DNA from: the human T2T-CHM13v2.0 reference genome, Homo sapiens
Strand: one strand, 5' to 3'
DNA: 64,000 bases
NCBI RefSeq assembly: GCF_009914755.1
Contig: NC_060934.1
Each line of letters starts with the position of its first letter. Position 1 is the stretch's first letter. The notes under the pieces are model-generated. The model worked only from the letters and a program-made list of their open reading frames with translations, did no database searches and was not told the DNA's origin. This document shows positions 46,798 through 63,039 of the stretch, piece by piece. The position numbers were made by a program, and so were the translations under genes.

Positions 46798-47346
46798 CCC
46801 ATCATTTATATATTAATTGTGGCTGAGATTGCACAGATACAAATCAAAATGTCATTTAAATGGATACCTTTTATTGTATGTAAATTAATTAAAAAATGAA
46901 AGCTATGAGTGTGCATCACGGTTTATTACATTTTGACTTAGTTGTGTTATTTTTAGGGTTAGGAAGTCCTTTCCTATTGAGAGTCATTGTTTTACAGGGA
47001 AAGGAAATTCATGTCACATAAGTAAAATGCAACTTCATTTTTAAAGGAAGAATTTCATTTTTTAAAGGACATTTACTTGAGAAGTATTATAATTGATATT
47101 TCTTCCTTGGTTCCTTTTTTCCTGTCATTTTAATTTTTATTAAAATTATACATGCAAATAATTTAGAGCATCCTACTTATTGGAAGCAACTACTTTCAAT
47201 TCTTTTCAGCTATTTCTTTTGGAATTAGTTTTACATTTCTAGTAAAATGTTTATACTACTGCTTCTTGACTTTTCAGATTTTGCTGTCTTGGTTTCTAAC
47301 TCTAGAAATTCAGTATATTATATTCTTTCTCACCTTCTTCTCTCAC

Positions 47347-47356
47347 CACACACACA

Positions 47357-47397
<41 letters not shown>
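47347..47397 (+). repeat. (CA)n microsatellite
   Basis: Visible. Confidence 0.95.
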
Positions 47398-47399
<2 letters not shown>

Positions 47400-48196
47400 C
47401 CTGGTTCCTTATCTTCCCAATGTAGTTATACCATAATTTTGTTTAGATTTGTTTACCTTCTTGTGACTGTGTAAATGCCATTTGTTGCTGATATGAGTAG
47501 TAAACTATGATTACTTTTCCTTCCCTGCACAGCTTTTTGTTTTCCCTGGAGTTAATAGGTGCCAGGTTTTGTTTTGTGCTATTTGTTTGCTCAAGGGTCA
47601 CTGCACACCTACCATCCTGGATCTTCCTCCACTATCATCCTGTCGAGTTTATTCACCTCTCATGGGACTGACACAGCTGTGCACTGGATCACATGTCTTA
47701 TGAAATTCCCTTTCAAGGGATAAATGACAGCTCTGCACAACTACAAACGAGGACACTAAGACCAATAAAAAGACACAGACTAGCATGAAATAAGAGGTTT
47801 ATGGTCTGATTAAAGTCATGTCCTTGTTGCACAATGGAAAATTGCAAGAGCAAAGATATTCTTTATAGAGTGGACCCTAGCCACAGCATGAAGGTTTCAT
47901 GTTGCATGAAAAGACTCTGGACTTATGCCTTTCATGCAACTGGAATGTCCCCTAATATGTTTACCAGTCTTTTTCCCTTCATTCCTGCACACTGTAACCG
48001 AAGGAGAAACACTCTCCTGATTACTGTAGACAGGGACATTCTGAGGGGACCTGAGCAGACAGGACCTTAGGTGACCCTGGTGCCTTTGCGTAGAAGAACC
48101 TTTCTCATAAGATAGTTTAACATTATTTATAATAAGGAGTCACCGAAAACAACTAAAGTATCCGACAACAGAGGGCAATTTCCAAAGGTTGACTTT

Positions 48197-48208
48197 AAAA
48201 AAAAAAAA

Positions 48209-48241
<33 letters not shown>

Positions 48242-48242
48242 T
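48197..48242 (+). repeat. Compound (A)n(TA)n(CA)n microsatellite
   Basis: Visible. Confidence 0.9.
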
Positions 48243-50318
48243 ATTTTGGCACTTCACAGACAATCTCTAAGTATCACAACAAACCTGCAAGATAGATATT
48301 TGCATGACCTTTTTACAAAAGAAGAAACTGAAGTACAAAATGGGAATGTGACTTTCCCAAAGCCATTTAGCAATGAAAGGATAGAAGTTTAATTCCAAAG
48401 CCAGTACTTGTTACCATGTATTATGCTGCGTGACAGGCAAGACATCCTTTCCAGACATCCTGTCCTAGGATTATGTTTTGGTCTCTTGAGCAACACTTAA
48501 CAGATATGTCTTCATTTTTAGTAACCTGTGAAGCAAGAAATTGGGAACTCCTAAAGGCTTCACTAACCAGGACTAAGCACTTCAAGCAGGCAAAGGGGCA
48601 GATACTCAGAAAACCAGTGAAGGCCGGGGGGACACCAACAGTGTTTCCAGGGTTGTGAGTTAAAAAGGTAAACAATGCAAGTCAATTGGCAGATGGCCAA
48701 CGGTCCTGTCTGACCTCACAGCACAAGATTTTCAGAACTGCATGCCCTTGACCGATAGAAACCCTGCAAAATACGTTCTAAGTATCACTATTTTGAAACT
48801 TGAGAGGACTGCAGAAAAATCCAGATGGCTTATATCCAAGAGAATTTTTGAGATACCACAGAAAATATAACAAGAGCTCAAATACAGAGATTTTTCCATT
48901 AAAAAGTACAATGTATAGCAACTTGTGAATCAAAAAAAAAAAAAACAAAATACAAACAAACAAAAAAACCAGCTGTTACTTTGGCTGCCATTGCTATAAT
49001 CTTGTTTCCTAACTGGGGCTCAGTGGAAGAGATTAATCTTCAAAGGCATACTTTGAAATCAATCTACACAGGAACGAAGACTAAAATCAGAGAAAACACG
49101 GAAGGGTTTGTAATTAGACTTCACTGTTTCTGAAGCAATTAGGCTGCAGGGAGCTATGCAAACCATCCAAGCAACAGTTTGAAAGAGAATCCTCACTTTG
49201 TAAAAGATTAAAAGAAAAACAAGACACAATCAGTAAGTCTTTGTAAACTTACCTATATTAGCGGCAATAAGGCTGAAATTAGGGTTTTACAGCTTGATCA
49301 TAATTCTCAAAACAATTCACACTAAAATATAAACTCCTAAATATGCATTAATATGCTATCCCTTCGTGGACATTTATGTTAAGGCAAAGACGGAACATTC
49401 TCATTGCAGAATTTCAGATAGGAGAGAGTAGAGTCTGAATCACCGAGCTAGAAAGGACCTGAGAAATCATCTGTTCCAATTTCCTCATTTTATAGACACC
49501 TTGGGCATAAAGGTGTAGGTAATTAGCAGGTGTTAGAACTCAAATTTCCTGACTCCCCTCGCCAGTGTGTCTCTTTCTATGGGAGGGGAGGTTTTGCCTC
49601 GTGGCAGAAGGGCCTATGGCATCACAGGAGCAAGATAGGGTAAACCCTAAAATCACCTGGGGTTTTGCGGGGATGGGGTAGAGTTGGGAGGGTTTGACAA
49701 CCTCAGAGAGAAACTGCACACAGAAATTTTCTGAAGGATGTTCTCTTCCACCCAACCTTATAGGTGGTAAATAAGAAAGGCCATTTTGAAGCAACACATT
49801 GGCATTAAGGACTTTTAACTGTGGGCATTAGAAAACCCTTCTCTATGGTCTTGGGGCTCTTATACATTTTATATGTTAGAAAATAACTCAAAATTATTAG
49901 CACATATATCATTTGAAGTGTTAATCATTTCTGCAATGTTTACTCTCTACATTGTAAGTTTAAAAAAATACATGTCCATATTTTTTTGGTAAAGGCTCAA
50001 TTTAATATACAGACCTGTTAACAAAAATGCTGAGCTAAATCTACACAGCCTCATAATTGCTTGTCTTTCCCTTTTTTTTTCTTTTATATCCTTTTTTCTT
50101 ACTTAGGTATGTACTATTACTGCTTACAAAAACAAGGATCTACCATATGATTATTTCTAATTATTCTTGGGGGGATTCAAAATTTTGAAAAAAAAAAAGC
50201 AGTGAAAATTATGCATTCACTTGCAGAAATATGTAATTTTGGGGAAGTTATAGGGAAAAGTGTCAGCAACACTATCTTGCCTGAAGCTTGAATAGTTTAA
50301 AGCAGAGAAATGTTGTCA

Positions 50319-51016
<698 letters not shown>

Positions 51017-51403
51017 TTAACACCAGGTTGGAAAGTTGAAATGCTTAGTCAGGCCCACTTCAGTTCCATTTTCCCCTGCTTCTAAGGAGGAGAAAGAGCA
51101 GAGTGAGAGAAAAAGAGCAAGAAGGAGGATGTGTAAGAGCTCCTGACATCCGCCTTCGTAAGTGGCCACTATGTGCCAAGAAAAAAGATGAATAAGACAC
51201 AGCCTATTTAGAGTAATATCACGTCTGGGGAGCTGGATTCTCTCACAATATGTCGACCGTATCCCTGAGAACAAGGGACGCAGAAGTGTCTTGCGTAGTG
51301 CTCAGGACACAGTGTGCACTCCGGAAGGGTTTGTTCAATCTCCACCCACATCTGAACGTCTAGGACCTGCTTTGTTGAGGGAATGTGACTTTCATGGGAG
51401 AGG

Positions 51404-51935
51404 CGTGATGGTTAATTTCATGTGTCAACTTGCCTGGGCTGTGGGGTGCCCAGGTTAAGCACTGTTTCTGGGTGTGTCTGTAAGAATATTTCCAGATGAG
51501 ATTAGCCTTTGAATGGGGGAACTGAGTAAAGCAGATGGCCCTCCCCAGTGTTGTGGGCCCCATTCAATCTGTGGAGGGCCTGAATAGAACAAAAAGGCAG
51601 AGGAAGGAGGAATTTACCTCCTTTTTTCTGCCTCATTGCTTGAGCTGGGATACCTCATCTCCTCTTCTGCTTATTTTAGACTGGAATTTACACCACTGGC
51701 TCCCCTGCTTCTCAGGCCTTCAGACTTGGAATGAATTACACCATGGGCTTTCTTGAGTCTCCAAGATGCAGATGGCAGATTACAAGCCTTCTCAGCCTCC
51801 ATGATCACATGGACAATACTGGATATTCCTTATAATCAATCAATCTACCTATTTCTATGTATCTGTCTATCTGTCTATCTAATCTTTCTCTCTTTGTCTC
51901 TCTCTCTCTCTCTATCTAGCCAATTAGAAAGCTAT
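51404..51935 (+). mobile_element. MLT2-type ERVL LTR
   Basis: tgatggttaatttcatgtgtcaacttg...gaatagaacaaaaaggcagaggaagg. Confidence 0.85.
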
Positions 51936-52053
51936 TGTAAGTTATTTCTTCCATGAGTGGGGTGGGATTGGAAGTTAGAGGGCACAACAAGAGGCCTAGA
52001 CTCTAAAGACAGAAGGACAAGGAAGAAAAGAAAAAAAGAAAAAAAAAAAAACC

Positions 52054-52552
52054 TTGCAGTAGAGACTGTCATTTATTACCTAATATCCATCCACTCCCCC
52101 CTCCTTAAAGACCAAACTTCTTTTTACCTGGGTGCTAAACATTACATTTCCTGGTCTCTCCTGCAGCTTGGCGTGGCCATGTGGCTAAGCTAGGCTCAAT
52201 ACAACGTGAATAAAAATGCTGAGTGGGACTTTTCCAGGAAGTTTTATTGAAAGGCATAGATTGTCAGCAACAGTTTGTTTTGCATTTCTGCTTTTCTTCT
52301 TTCTCTTTCCTACCTTAATGTGACAGCTGGACCTCCAGCAGCTATTTTGGACCTTGAGGTGGCCTTGGAAACAAAAGCCATCCATGCACTGAAAATGTCA
52401 GAGTGGAAAGATCAGAGCATGAATTTGTAAGGACCACCTTGCTAGCCAGTATTACAGTTACATGACAGAGAAGTGAACCTCTACCTTGCCTAAGCAACTG
52501 ATTGCTTTGTGGTTTTCTGTTATGTGTGACCAAATCTAATTTTAACTAACCC
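52054..52552 (+). mobile_element. MaLR LTR (MLT1J-like)
   Basis: tacatttcctgg...gtggccatgtggctaag...cagcagctattttggacc. Confidence 0.7.
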
Positions 52553-55500
52553 AGAAATCTGCTCTCTGTTGTCCTCTAACTGAATGTCAATGGCTTCCCA
52601 TCTATAGTTACTTACATGAAGTATGATGACAGATTTTATATTATGAAAAGAGCAAGAACAATGTCGTTTTAAACTTCCTTTGATTAAAAAAAAAAAGCAA
52701 GCTCATTTCTCTTTACTCACACCCTTTGTGATTTGCCACTCAGATTTCCAAGAAAGGGAAATTAGTCAACCTGCTTTCTATGTACCAGAGCTTTCTTCAA
52801 TCCCTGCTGGCCATGAGTAATATGGAATCACACATACACAAAATGGGAAGAGCCCTGCTTCTAAATTCTTCACCGACTAGCTCCGGAAGTCCCAAGAGGA
52901 GGGTCACTCGGGTTCTGACACCATCTTCCTCCCTAATGACACTGCCCCCCTAGCTCTTTGACTCCCTGACACTACCTAAAAGGAGAAACTCCTGCTTCTG
53001 GAAATCATGAGGTCCAGGCTGCCTCCCAGCTCACAGGCTCACCACACTCCAGTGGGTTCCAAATGCATCCTTTACAGCTTCTCAGACACCTAGTCACCCA
53101 TTTGCCCCAACAAGGACATCTTGTGCTTTCAACATCTAAGTAGATTTATGCAATTTTACTGAAAAACTCTTTAAATATTTATTTGTTTTTCCATCACAAA
53201 TGCCTTTCCCAGAACCTAAGCTGGATCGTAAGATCCCAAGGAGGAGGTTTATATCTTGTTATTCTTTGCATTCCTGGCACCTAGCATAGTGCTTATACGT
53301 GGAAGGGATTTATTAAAGTTTTTGCACAAACGACGGCTCCAGCGGATAACACAAATACTCACATTTATTTTCTCTTCTAACCCTAAACAATCATCCTGGC
53401 ACCAGTGAGCCCCAGCTCTTGTCCTTTAAGAGAAATTCTTTCCTGCACACTCTTACTTAGCTCTGAAGAGCAAAAGGATTTTTCTCAGGTCGTCAAGCTG
53501 TGACTCTTCACCTCACACAGCACTGGATGTCTTAGAGGGGCTGGGGGAGAGGAGACGGTCTTTTGCCTCCATTTTCTTGATGCTCTGTCATCCCATTGTT
53601 TCCTACACCTCTAGGTCCCCACCAATGGGTACCACATCACAAATATAAAGGTCAGCATTTAACTTGGGAAGTGCAAGCCTAACATGCCACAAAATCCTTA
53701 ACTTCCAACTTCTCTCTACCCTTCCACTCCCACATTGCTCTACTAATGGAGAAAAGGAAGAGGTTCAGTGAACAATGAGCATCATGATCATCATTTGGGA
53801 TTTGGCAGACGTAGAATAAGAAGACAGCTTTTAGGTGCTCAGGCTAAACTCTCTGGTGGGACATCGTTTAGGGGATAATGTGGGGGACTCAGTCTCTTCC
53901 AATCGCCTGACTGGATAGCCAAAGAACTCCTGAATTTGGATGCAGGAGCAAGGAGGGGGCCTATTGCAAACTTCCTGCTGCAAACAACCACTGCACTGTC
54001 CACACACAAGAGGCAAGGGTGTCACCCCATTAGCAAGCTGCCGTAAGTTCTTACTACAGGAAGGCAGGATTCAATGGGCCGCTGTGCAGGAGAGTCTGGG
54101 AGGCTGGGTGGAGATCCTGCCATGGCAGGGCAACAGGAGCAATAGCAAGGAGAGAAGCTGGCTCAGGAAGGGCCCCTCCCACCACTGCTTTGGAGAGTTT
54201 CTCTGCATGACAGCACTCTCAATCCCCCTAAATCACAATGGGTAGTGAATCTGTCTTGTTTCCTCATTATATACTGGGGACCTAGCACAATGTCTGGCAT
54301 ATGTTAGGAACCCAATAAATATTTGTTGAGCAAATAAATGAATGCACACACAATGAAATTGCTGATCTGTGGCTTTAAAGCAAATCTCAGGGCACATTGC
54401 AAAGAGTTGATGCAGAGCAGACGCAGCAGAGGAAGCTTTGGTGTATAAATTAGCATGTGCTTATTTAGAAGGACCCAAGGATTTTGATAAGCCGAGGAAG
54501 AAATCTGTAATACAGCATTAACCTGTACGTCCCTGCCAGCCAGAGATTATAAACTTGTACAGGCTCAGGCACAGCCCCCAGGGACTTTCAGAAACTCTTT
54601 TCTCTCTTTCCTTGCAAGCCAGCTCCTTGTCGTAGTAAAGCGGATTCGCAGTTGAGACGCCCAGCTTCAGGTCTCACTCCTGCCGGCATTTTGTGTGCAT
54701 GTGAGTGAGTGTGTGGGTTGACTTTGGCCAAATGACTTAATCTCCCTACATCACAGAGATGGAGATCATGAAGATAATTTCTGCTGGACTAAATTCACAA
54801 GTTTGTGTCAACATCAAACCAAGGAACTGGTCTGAAACACACTTTTAAGCCCCCAAAGTCCAAAAGGCAGGTGTTCTTTCCATTTTTTCTTTTTTTTTTA
54901 GCTTTTTCTGGTTTTTCATCCTTTTTGAATTCCTTAACTCATATCTTTTTCTTTATTTTTCCCCAATGTTCTTCTTATCTTTCTTTGTTATATTTGCATG
55001 GATTTGTACACTTTTTAAAAAATGCTGGAAATCCCTTCTGACCCATGAGTTCCTTTTTGTTGTGTCTTCCATAAAACGGAGCAAAAGATTGCACAAAACT
55101 TACTCTTGATAGATTTGGTGGCACTGAGCAGGACCCTGAGATCTCGGCTGGAGCACTGAGCCTGGGGCGTGAGGGTAAAGACAGGCTGCTTGCCTGAGCT
55201 CAGTGGCCTCAGCAGGCCAACAGAGGTCAGTGATCTTCCCCAGACTTCACAGCTTTGACCACAGCCATGTTCTTAGCTCCATTAGGAAGCTCCTCGTAAA
55301 ATGTATGCCAAGTAATTTGCCTTATTCCTCCCATTCCTCCGATTTCCTCCTCAGCAGACATTACTTAAATAACAACAATTTGCAACCTCTATGGGAACTT
55401 CTGTACAAAGAGGAAAGAGGCTAAAACTATGGATTCCAAACCATGTCAAAGTAGGACAACATAAACACGAGGTCAAAGAAAGAAAGTGGCTTCAGCTTCC

Positions 55501-55958
55501 CGCGGGACACGTAGTTTCACGTTGATTAAAGATTAAACAATACTCAGAATTATGTGAAGGTTTTATCCGGCTCAGTGCAGCAATTCAGGCTCTTTCTGAA
55601 TGGAGAGGCCGAGAAACCCTCCCTCTCCTGGCGTCCAGCATTTGACGTTCCCCAGAACAATGATGAATAATGAGTCCACCAAACATCATATCATTTAACC
55701 TTCAAAAAAGACATGTCAGTACTCTCATTAAGGGCATTTTACCCAGAGAGAAACAGGCTGAGAGAGGATTAACCACGTGCAGAAGGTCACCAACCAGCAG
55801 TGGCAGAGCTGGAATTCTAACTAGGTTTTCTGGTTCATTTTCATTTTCCTTGTAGTTAATTCATAAATGTACTTTGTCTTTATCCTTGTTGATGTACCAC
55901 AGGAATAGTAAGTTTATGCTGCTCATATTTCAGTAACATTCTGATTTAAACAATGTAA

Positions 55959-56282
<324 letters not shown>

Positions 56283-58698
56283 AGCATGTTTTCTTATAAA
56301 GCTGCCTTGGTCGATCCCCCTAAAGGTTCACATCCAATGTCATGGGATCGAGGGTGATTTGGGGTGCTCAGCACATGATATCCTGTAGTTCCACACCTCT
56401 GCCTGGTCTACACTGAAGTCCTTGTGTATAAATTCAATAATGAACACCAAGTTTCCTTAGTAATAGAAAGTCAGTTTTTACAAGTTATAAGTTTTGATGA
56501 CATTGAGTGATGATAGGAGCAGAATGGGTTTGAACATCCTGTTTTCCAGTCATAAATGAAATTCACTGTAGAAACTTCAGCAAATACAGACTATAACCCC
56601 CAAATCCTTTATAATTGAGGCAAACCGGAGCTTCTGGATTACTGGGAGGCTCATGTGACATTTTTTTCCAGGCTTTTTTGTCTAAGTCCATCACTGGCTT
56701 CATGCTTTGTAGTCCATGGTATGCCACTTTGATCACATAGTATTATACTGCGGTTTTCCTCCACATCAATAACAATTATACTAAAACATTTTTACACTTT
56801 TCAGTATGCCATGACTTGCTGTGAGTTATTGAAATGTCGTAAATAACCATGTCTCTTTTGCTTGGCACGCGTTCCCAAAGTAGGATGGCTGGGATAGAGG
56901 GAAAGGACATCTTTCAGGCTTGTTATGCACTGTGCTGTGGACTCTTGTTGTGGGGTCCTAGGTCTGCCCAGCATTTTGGGGTTCACCCCGTGACCCTCTA
57001 CGGGTTTCCATGCCCCCAGCACCACGTCCATCATCATTTCTGGGGTCCCCTCACCTCAGAGAGCCTGCTTCCTATGACTGCGTGGGCCAGCTGGAGAAGG
57101 ACGACCCAAGACCCCTCAAGTTTCTGTGTCCTGACCCCAAGCATAGGCCTGAGTGCTCCTGGGGCCCAGGGGCCTCTACGCACTACTCTCTGGGGCCCAC
57201 TGTCTGCACTCTCAGGCCTGGGGGGCTCCCCCTCCTGTGCACCTGTCTCTCCCAAGCAGGTGGACACCAACGTCTATGTCCCCACCTGAGAATCCGCAGC
57301 CACCTTGCCAGCCTTCCTGGCTGTGGAGCCTTCCGGTACCTTGACATGTAAATATGGAGTTCCTGTTTGCTTTCTTGTCTTGGTGGTGAGGAAGGAAGGG
57401 GAACTGTTCCTTTAAAGCCCCAAACACTAGAAAATTGGTCTGCAAGGTTATATGAGTTTGACCTAGGTGTGGGATACCTGCAAGTGTGTTTCTACATTCC
57501 TAAGGTGCTACTGGTTTCACTTTGTATTAGGATTAGGGGAACAGTGGGGAGCATTGGTGGGGGCGATGGGGAGTGCTACTTGTCAAGTTTCCCTTTGATC
57601 AAATGATGAAGAATGGGTGTCATGAGAATGGTGGAACTTGGCCTCTTTAGGATTCCAGCAGAAAGACGCCTGGATCTGGAAGCCAACTCCTTGTCAAGGG
57701 TCTTGAATCCACCAGCTGGTCTGTGATGTGAATGGAGACATTGATGTTGCCAGGAAGTTTTTCTATAAAGGACCACAGACTTGTGGTCCTCGGGTCAGGC
57801 CTAAATGGAGGGGGATGAGTTCCTTTTAGAGATGAGAGCCTCCCAGTTGGGCCAGGATGAATAGATCTGATTGCCTTTGTTGCCATGGGTGTCCGAATCT
57901 CTTGCTCTGAGTCTTGTGATTTTCTAGGTCAATAATATTATTTCCCAAGTTGTGAATAAAATCCAGCCTTTTAAAAATAGGACTGAATGCCAGTGGCTTA
58001 ATAGACACTGTTCTTAACTCTGATTACCAAATCCATCTGAGAGCGTCTCTTGGAATGACAAGAGAGAAGTCAAGCAGTGATTTTTGCTCCATGGAGGCGG
58101 AAAAGGCGGCAAATTCTTGATCAGAGGTAACACGTATCTTTTTAAGATTGAGAGTAACTTTGCCATAATGTCTGGAATGGAAGAAAACTCTCTGGTTCTT
58201 TCTTTCGAAGCGGAGGAAGACAAAGCTGGAATCACTGTACTGGAAGCAAGGCCTGGTAATGGGGACAAAGAACCAGGCTATAAATACTTGGGCTGACAGA
58301 GCAGCAGATGGTTGGGTTGGAAGTGGATTTCTGGGTGGGAAATTTGCTAAGTGGTATTGGCATATGTTTCTTCAAGTCTTTGACCTGCTTGTTTTCTCAA
58401 AAGACTCTATTAAATGCTTGGAAAGTAAGTTGAAATAGTTGTGACAACAAAGGAAAGTTGAAAAGGAGGGAAAAAGATTCACCAAGGCTTGTGCCTCTCT
58501 CTCCTCTTTGTGATACATTTGCGTGGCTAGTCATCATTTTATTCACTCGGAAAAATACCAAAGCACCACCTCAAATTTCCCAGGCCTCTTTCCCCCTGTC
58601 ACCACTCTCAGTGGATTGCAAACAGAAAACGGAGAGGGCAGTTGGCTCTAGACCTGTGGAAGCAGAGTTGGTTTAACCCCATAGAAACTTCCTCTTGA

Positions 58699-58965
58699 AG
58701 AAAGTCAAATACTGCATGTTCTCACTTATAAGTGGGAGCTAAACAGGGGACACACATGGCCATAAAGATGGAAGCAATAGACATGGGGGACTCCAAAAGA
58801 GGAGGAGGAGGGAGGCCGGCAAGAGCTGGACAAATCGCCTACCAGGTACTATGTTCACTATTAGGGTGATCAGTTCACTAAAAGCCCGGACCCCAGCAAT
58901 ACACAAATACACCCATGTGACCCACCTGCACATGCATCCCCTGAATCTATAATAATAATAATAAG
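58699..58965 (+). mobile_element. L1PB-like 3' end
   Basis: L1 3' UTR; degenerate 16-bp TSD agaaacttcctcttga/agaagctccctgttga. Confidence 0.85.
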
Positions 58966-59082
58966 AAGAAGCTCCCTGTTGACTCCTGCCCTGGGACCGT
59001 GACCATCCACATGCGTAGCCATCGTGCAGCCCTGCTGGTAAGAACAGCAGCTCAACTCAGAACTGTTTAATAAAGTCATGCT

Positions 59083-59378
59083 GGCTGGGCACAGTGGCTC
59101 ACATCTGTAATCCCAAGCACTTTGCGAGGCCAACGCAGGAGGATAGGTTGAGGTCAGGAGTTCAAGACCAGCCTGGGCAACGTAGTGAGACTCCCATCTC
59201 TACAAAAATCTTAAAAATTAGCCAGACATGGTGACATGTACCTGTAATCCTAGCTACTCAGAAGGTGGAGGTAGGAGGATAGCTTGAACCCAGGAGTTTG
59301 AAGCTTCAGTGAGTTATGATTGTGCCACTATACTCCAGCCTGGGAGACAGAACAAGACCCCGTCAATAAAAATAAAAT
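59083..59378 (+). mobile_element. Alu (AluJ-like) followed by an AT-rich low-complexity tract to about 59531
   Basis: Alu match. Confidence 0.9.
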
Positions 59379-59756
59379 TATATAATTATAATAAATTAAA
59401 CAATTAAGTTATAAAAAGTTTTTAAATAAAAATGTATAAAGATATAAAATAGAAATATAAAACATTTAAAATATAAATATAAATTATAAAAATATAATTA
59501 TACAATTTATAATTAGTTTTAAATTATAAATTCAGTGGATGCATTAAATCAGTAAATAATTTTTAAAAAGTAATGCATCTCCAAAGTGTGATTTCAGTTT
59601 TGCTAATGCTGGGCCAAGATTTCAGCTTCTGCTCAGCTCGAATCCATATTTTCTCTGGGAAGTTACCCATTAGCCTCATTTATGATCTATCCTTGCTTCA
59701 CAATGTTCTAAATTCCTCCTCCAGGGCAAGACCCTTCTCTTTGCAGCGCACAGTAA

Positions 59757-60180
<424 letters not shown>

Positions 60181-60487
60181 TTTTTTTTTTTTTTTTGAGA
60201 TGGAGTCTTGCTCTGTTGTCCAGGCTGGAGTGCAGTGTCGTGATCTCGGCTTACTGCAACCTCCGCCTCCCGGGTTCAAGCGATTCTCCCTGCCTCAGCC
60301 TCCCGAGTAGCTGGGACTACAGGCGCAGGCCGCCATGTCTGGCTAATTTTTTTTTTTTTTTTTTTTTTAAGTGGGGACAGGGTTTCACCGTGTTAGCCAG
60401 GATGGTCTCGATCTCCTGACCTCGTGATCCACCCGCCTCAGCCTCCCAAAGTGCTGGGATTACAGGCGTGAGCCACCGCGCCCGGCC
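60181..60487 (-). mobile_element. Older Alu (Sc/Y-like) whose tail hosts the AluYa5
   Basis: Shared outer TSD tctctcaacttt/tctcttaatttt. Confidence 0.9.
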
Positions 60488-60506
60488 GGTCTCTTAATTT
60501 TTTTTA

Positions 60507-61145
<639 letters not shown>

Positions 61146-63039
61146 TCAAGTTCTGGAGGAGGAGTGGAGTGGAGTCAGTGGAATGGAGTCACATCTGCAT
61201 CTCCTTCCAGCCGGGCGCTGCCCACAGTGACCATTTGCCTCACTCTAGAGGCGCAGGCCACCGTGGAGCTGTGCTGGTGGACTGGCAGTGGTGTGCAGTT
61301 TCCTCAGCTGCACCTCTGCATCCCGCAGAGCAATGTCCCAGCCTTCACAGGCAGCTGCTTCTTCCCACCATCCCAGCACCGTGGCACTGTCCCAATGCAG
61401 TGCTCCCGCGGCTCAGGGGACTTGCGTCTTCTGACCACTTCCTGGCTGACTGTCACCTTCAACTCTTGATAAAGCAGCAGTTTCTATATCCTCCATCGTC
61501 TTGCCCACCAGCCATGATTTTCTGTGGTCTCACCTCAATTCCTGAGGAACCGACTATATAATGTGATTGAAGATGGGTCCCATCTATCTAAAGGTGATGC
61601 TTGGACCTTGTCAACAGTAGCCAGAATGATGTCTTGAAAATACACAAATCACAGCGTTGGCTCTTGCTCCTGTCCAAACCATGTGGGAGAACACCTCTGA
61701 ATCCTGCTACTCCTTACTCTGACCCCAAAGACTAAGGAAGCTTTTCTCCGTGGCTTGTGTGTATGGCGTAGAGTCAAAGACTTGGGCGGGAGATGTAGGA
61801 ACTACAAGACCTGGCCATTGGAGACATTTGTTTAAGCTGCCAAATAGAAAATGCAAGTCCAAACTGTGTGCTTTTCCTGCAAAGGAAGCTCCCAGGCAGG
61901 TTTTCCAGGGCTCACTTTTTGTTAGACTACTGTTTCTAAACCTTCAGTGCATGCAAATTCTAGTTATTTTCCATTATATACACTGTCTCTAGGTCCTGAC
62001 ATTTCAACAATCCAAACTTCAGATCCACTTTTGTTTTGCTTTCTAAAAAAAATCCTGTAGCTTCACCAAGAACTCAGTCCTCTGGGTGCTCTCAGCTTCT
62101 AGCTCTTAGTGACTCTCCTGTATCCTCATTACTCATCCCATGAACTTCACAGAAGGCCTCCCAGCTCTTAAGGGAATCCTAAATCCTGGCTCCTGCCCCT
62201 TTGCTGTGCCCAGGACCACTCTCTCCTGTTCTGATTCTTCTGGTTGACATGGATGAAGACAGCAATTCCCCTGCAGCCTTAAAAAAAAATCCATAAAACA
62301 CAAGGCAGGGGTTGATAGACGCTTGAAGGCAGGCTTAAACGAAAAAGTGAAGAGTCCTGGAAATGTGGAAGAAGAAATTTGCAAGTCACCTTTCTCTTTG
62401 CTTAGTGCTAGGTTAGGAAATGCCCACTCATAAGGAAATACATGCTCAGAATTACAGGGTCTCTAAATAAAGTAAATACATTTCATTCTGGGTGAGTTCT
62501 TCTAAGTTAACAAAAAAATAAAAGCCTCAGAAAATTCAACTGAGAACCTAATCACAAAAGCTTTAATACAGTTTGTTAGTGTTCTGTCTATATTATTGAT
62601 GTGTTGATGATGTTCATTTTACATTTTAAAATTATTCATTTTTTGAAAATGTCTACAAGTTTGAGCTGACACTAAGTGTTTTAAAACAGTAATTTTCAGA
62701 AGAATGGAAAAATTAGGTAATTAATGAGGAAGGAGAACTAAAATTAAGATAATTTGTTTTCACTTCTCATTGTACAAACTAGGTCTTAGAGTATCAAAAT
62801 AAAGGGAAAAAATCATGTAATTCTGCTATTTAAGTAGAATAAAATAAAAAACTTGTGTTCTATTATTGACCATACCCCTGTAATTTTTCATTGTTATAAT
62901 CTTACCTAAACTGGAATTTTAAATTGTTTTACCTCAACAAGATTAGAGATCAGTGCCAAATGGATTTGAGTTTGGTTTATTTCCTGGGACACTTACAAAT
63001 CTCCAAATATGTGCAGAATTCTATTGTATATATCACCAG

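Larger units (their letters stand above)
46130..46900 (+). mobile_element. Old L1M 3' UTR fragment (host of the U6/L1 insertion)
   Basis: Degenerate L1MB/ME-type 3' UTR motifs on both sides of the chimera. Confidence 0.55.

Noticed and set aside
56849-57351. Overlapping 146-aa and 113-aa ORFs in a GC-rich patch
   Set aside because: No recognisable homology or splice context; several open frames are expected in GC-rich DNA
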